Below the pieces are notes generated by a model. The model was given only the letters and a program-made list of their open reading frames with translations. It made no database searches and was not told the DNA's origin. From an archaeon (GTDB lineage Archaea; Asgardarchaeota; Thorarchaeia; Thorarchaeales; Thorarchaeaceae): a stretch of 6,662 nt of DNA. Within the stretch, counting starts at the first letter, position 1; the number at the start of each line of letters is the position of its first letter. A program made the position numbers and the translations under genes. This document shows, in pieces, positions 6,444-6,662 of the stretch. The DNA lies in contig JAJRZD010000116.1 in assembly GCA_024275415.1 (NCBI GenBank), positions 1-6,662 of the forward strand, read 5' to 3'.

Positions 6444-6662
6444 ATGAATGTCTGGATGGGCAAGACTTACGTTGCCCTCTTCGACGAGGACAAGCAGACC
6501 GTCATGTAGATCCTCTGGGGCGACTCCTGGGTGGGGAGCACGAAGGGGTACTTCAACGTCTACTACTACCCCCAGAGCGGCGGTTACTATACGCAAGGCT
6601 CAGGGTACCTCTACTCCTCCTTCACCAAGACGGGGAAGTTGTGGTGGGGCCCGTACCAGGGC
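6444..6662 (+). pseudogene. Probable start of cassette 4: GC-rich parent-gene fragment with an in-frame stop, truncated by the window edge
   Basis: Frame +3 reads MNVWMGKTYVALFDEDKQTVM*ILWGDSWVGSTKGYFNVYYYPQSGGYYTQGSGYLYSSFTKTGKLWWGPYQG, with TAG at 6507-6509. GC is 107/180 (59%) over 6481-6660, third positions are strongly G/C, and the Tyr/Gly/Trp-rich composition resembles the cassette 3 arm. Confidence 0.55.

Noticed and set aside
6258-6596. Minus-strand 112 aa ORF
   Set aside because: It is antisense to both the 5955..6343 gene and the GC-rich arm, and codon bias favours the plus-strand frame +3.
1-6662. CRISPR array, integron attC sites, diversity-generating retroelement, tRNA or rRNA
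   Set aside because: The repeats are protein-coding and 1.5-3 kb apart, with no palindromic attC-like structure seen. Differences between copies 2 and 3 are not adenine-specific, no reverse transcriptase is present, and no structural RNA signature was seen.

Overview
The window holds a tandem array of apparently silent 3'-end gene cassettes, interrupted by an inverted MNT-HEPN toxin-antitoxin pair. Three cassettes are complete (about 50-1410, 1513-3184, 4476-6343) and a fourth probably begins at the right edge (about 6444-6662). Each complete cassette has three parts: (i) a start-less or frameshifted piece of a conserved parent gene that ends in a shared Pro-rich junction, (I/L)NxxxxLxxxxPNSxTPPPTxDxPxG; where long enough to count (cassette 3 and the right edge) this piece is about 60% GC; (ii) a highly divergent but still homologous C-terminal domain of roughly 30-45% GC in sampled lines, with WxGWWPxL and [IV]D[LI]LG motifs followed by several hydrophobic helices; (iii) an intact, unrelated-looking 121-148 aa gene with three hydrophobic segments. 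Extra, frameshifted small membrane-protein genes follow some of these. The layout parallels orphan toxin-CT/immunity arrays of Rhs and CDI systems, but here the variable part looks like one diversifying membrane-protein family. Toxin, immunity or self/non-self recognition roles are inference. An archaeal source is plausible but cannot be shown from this window.
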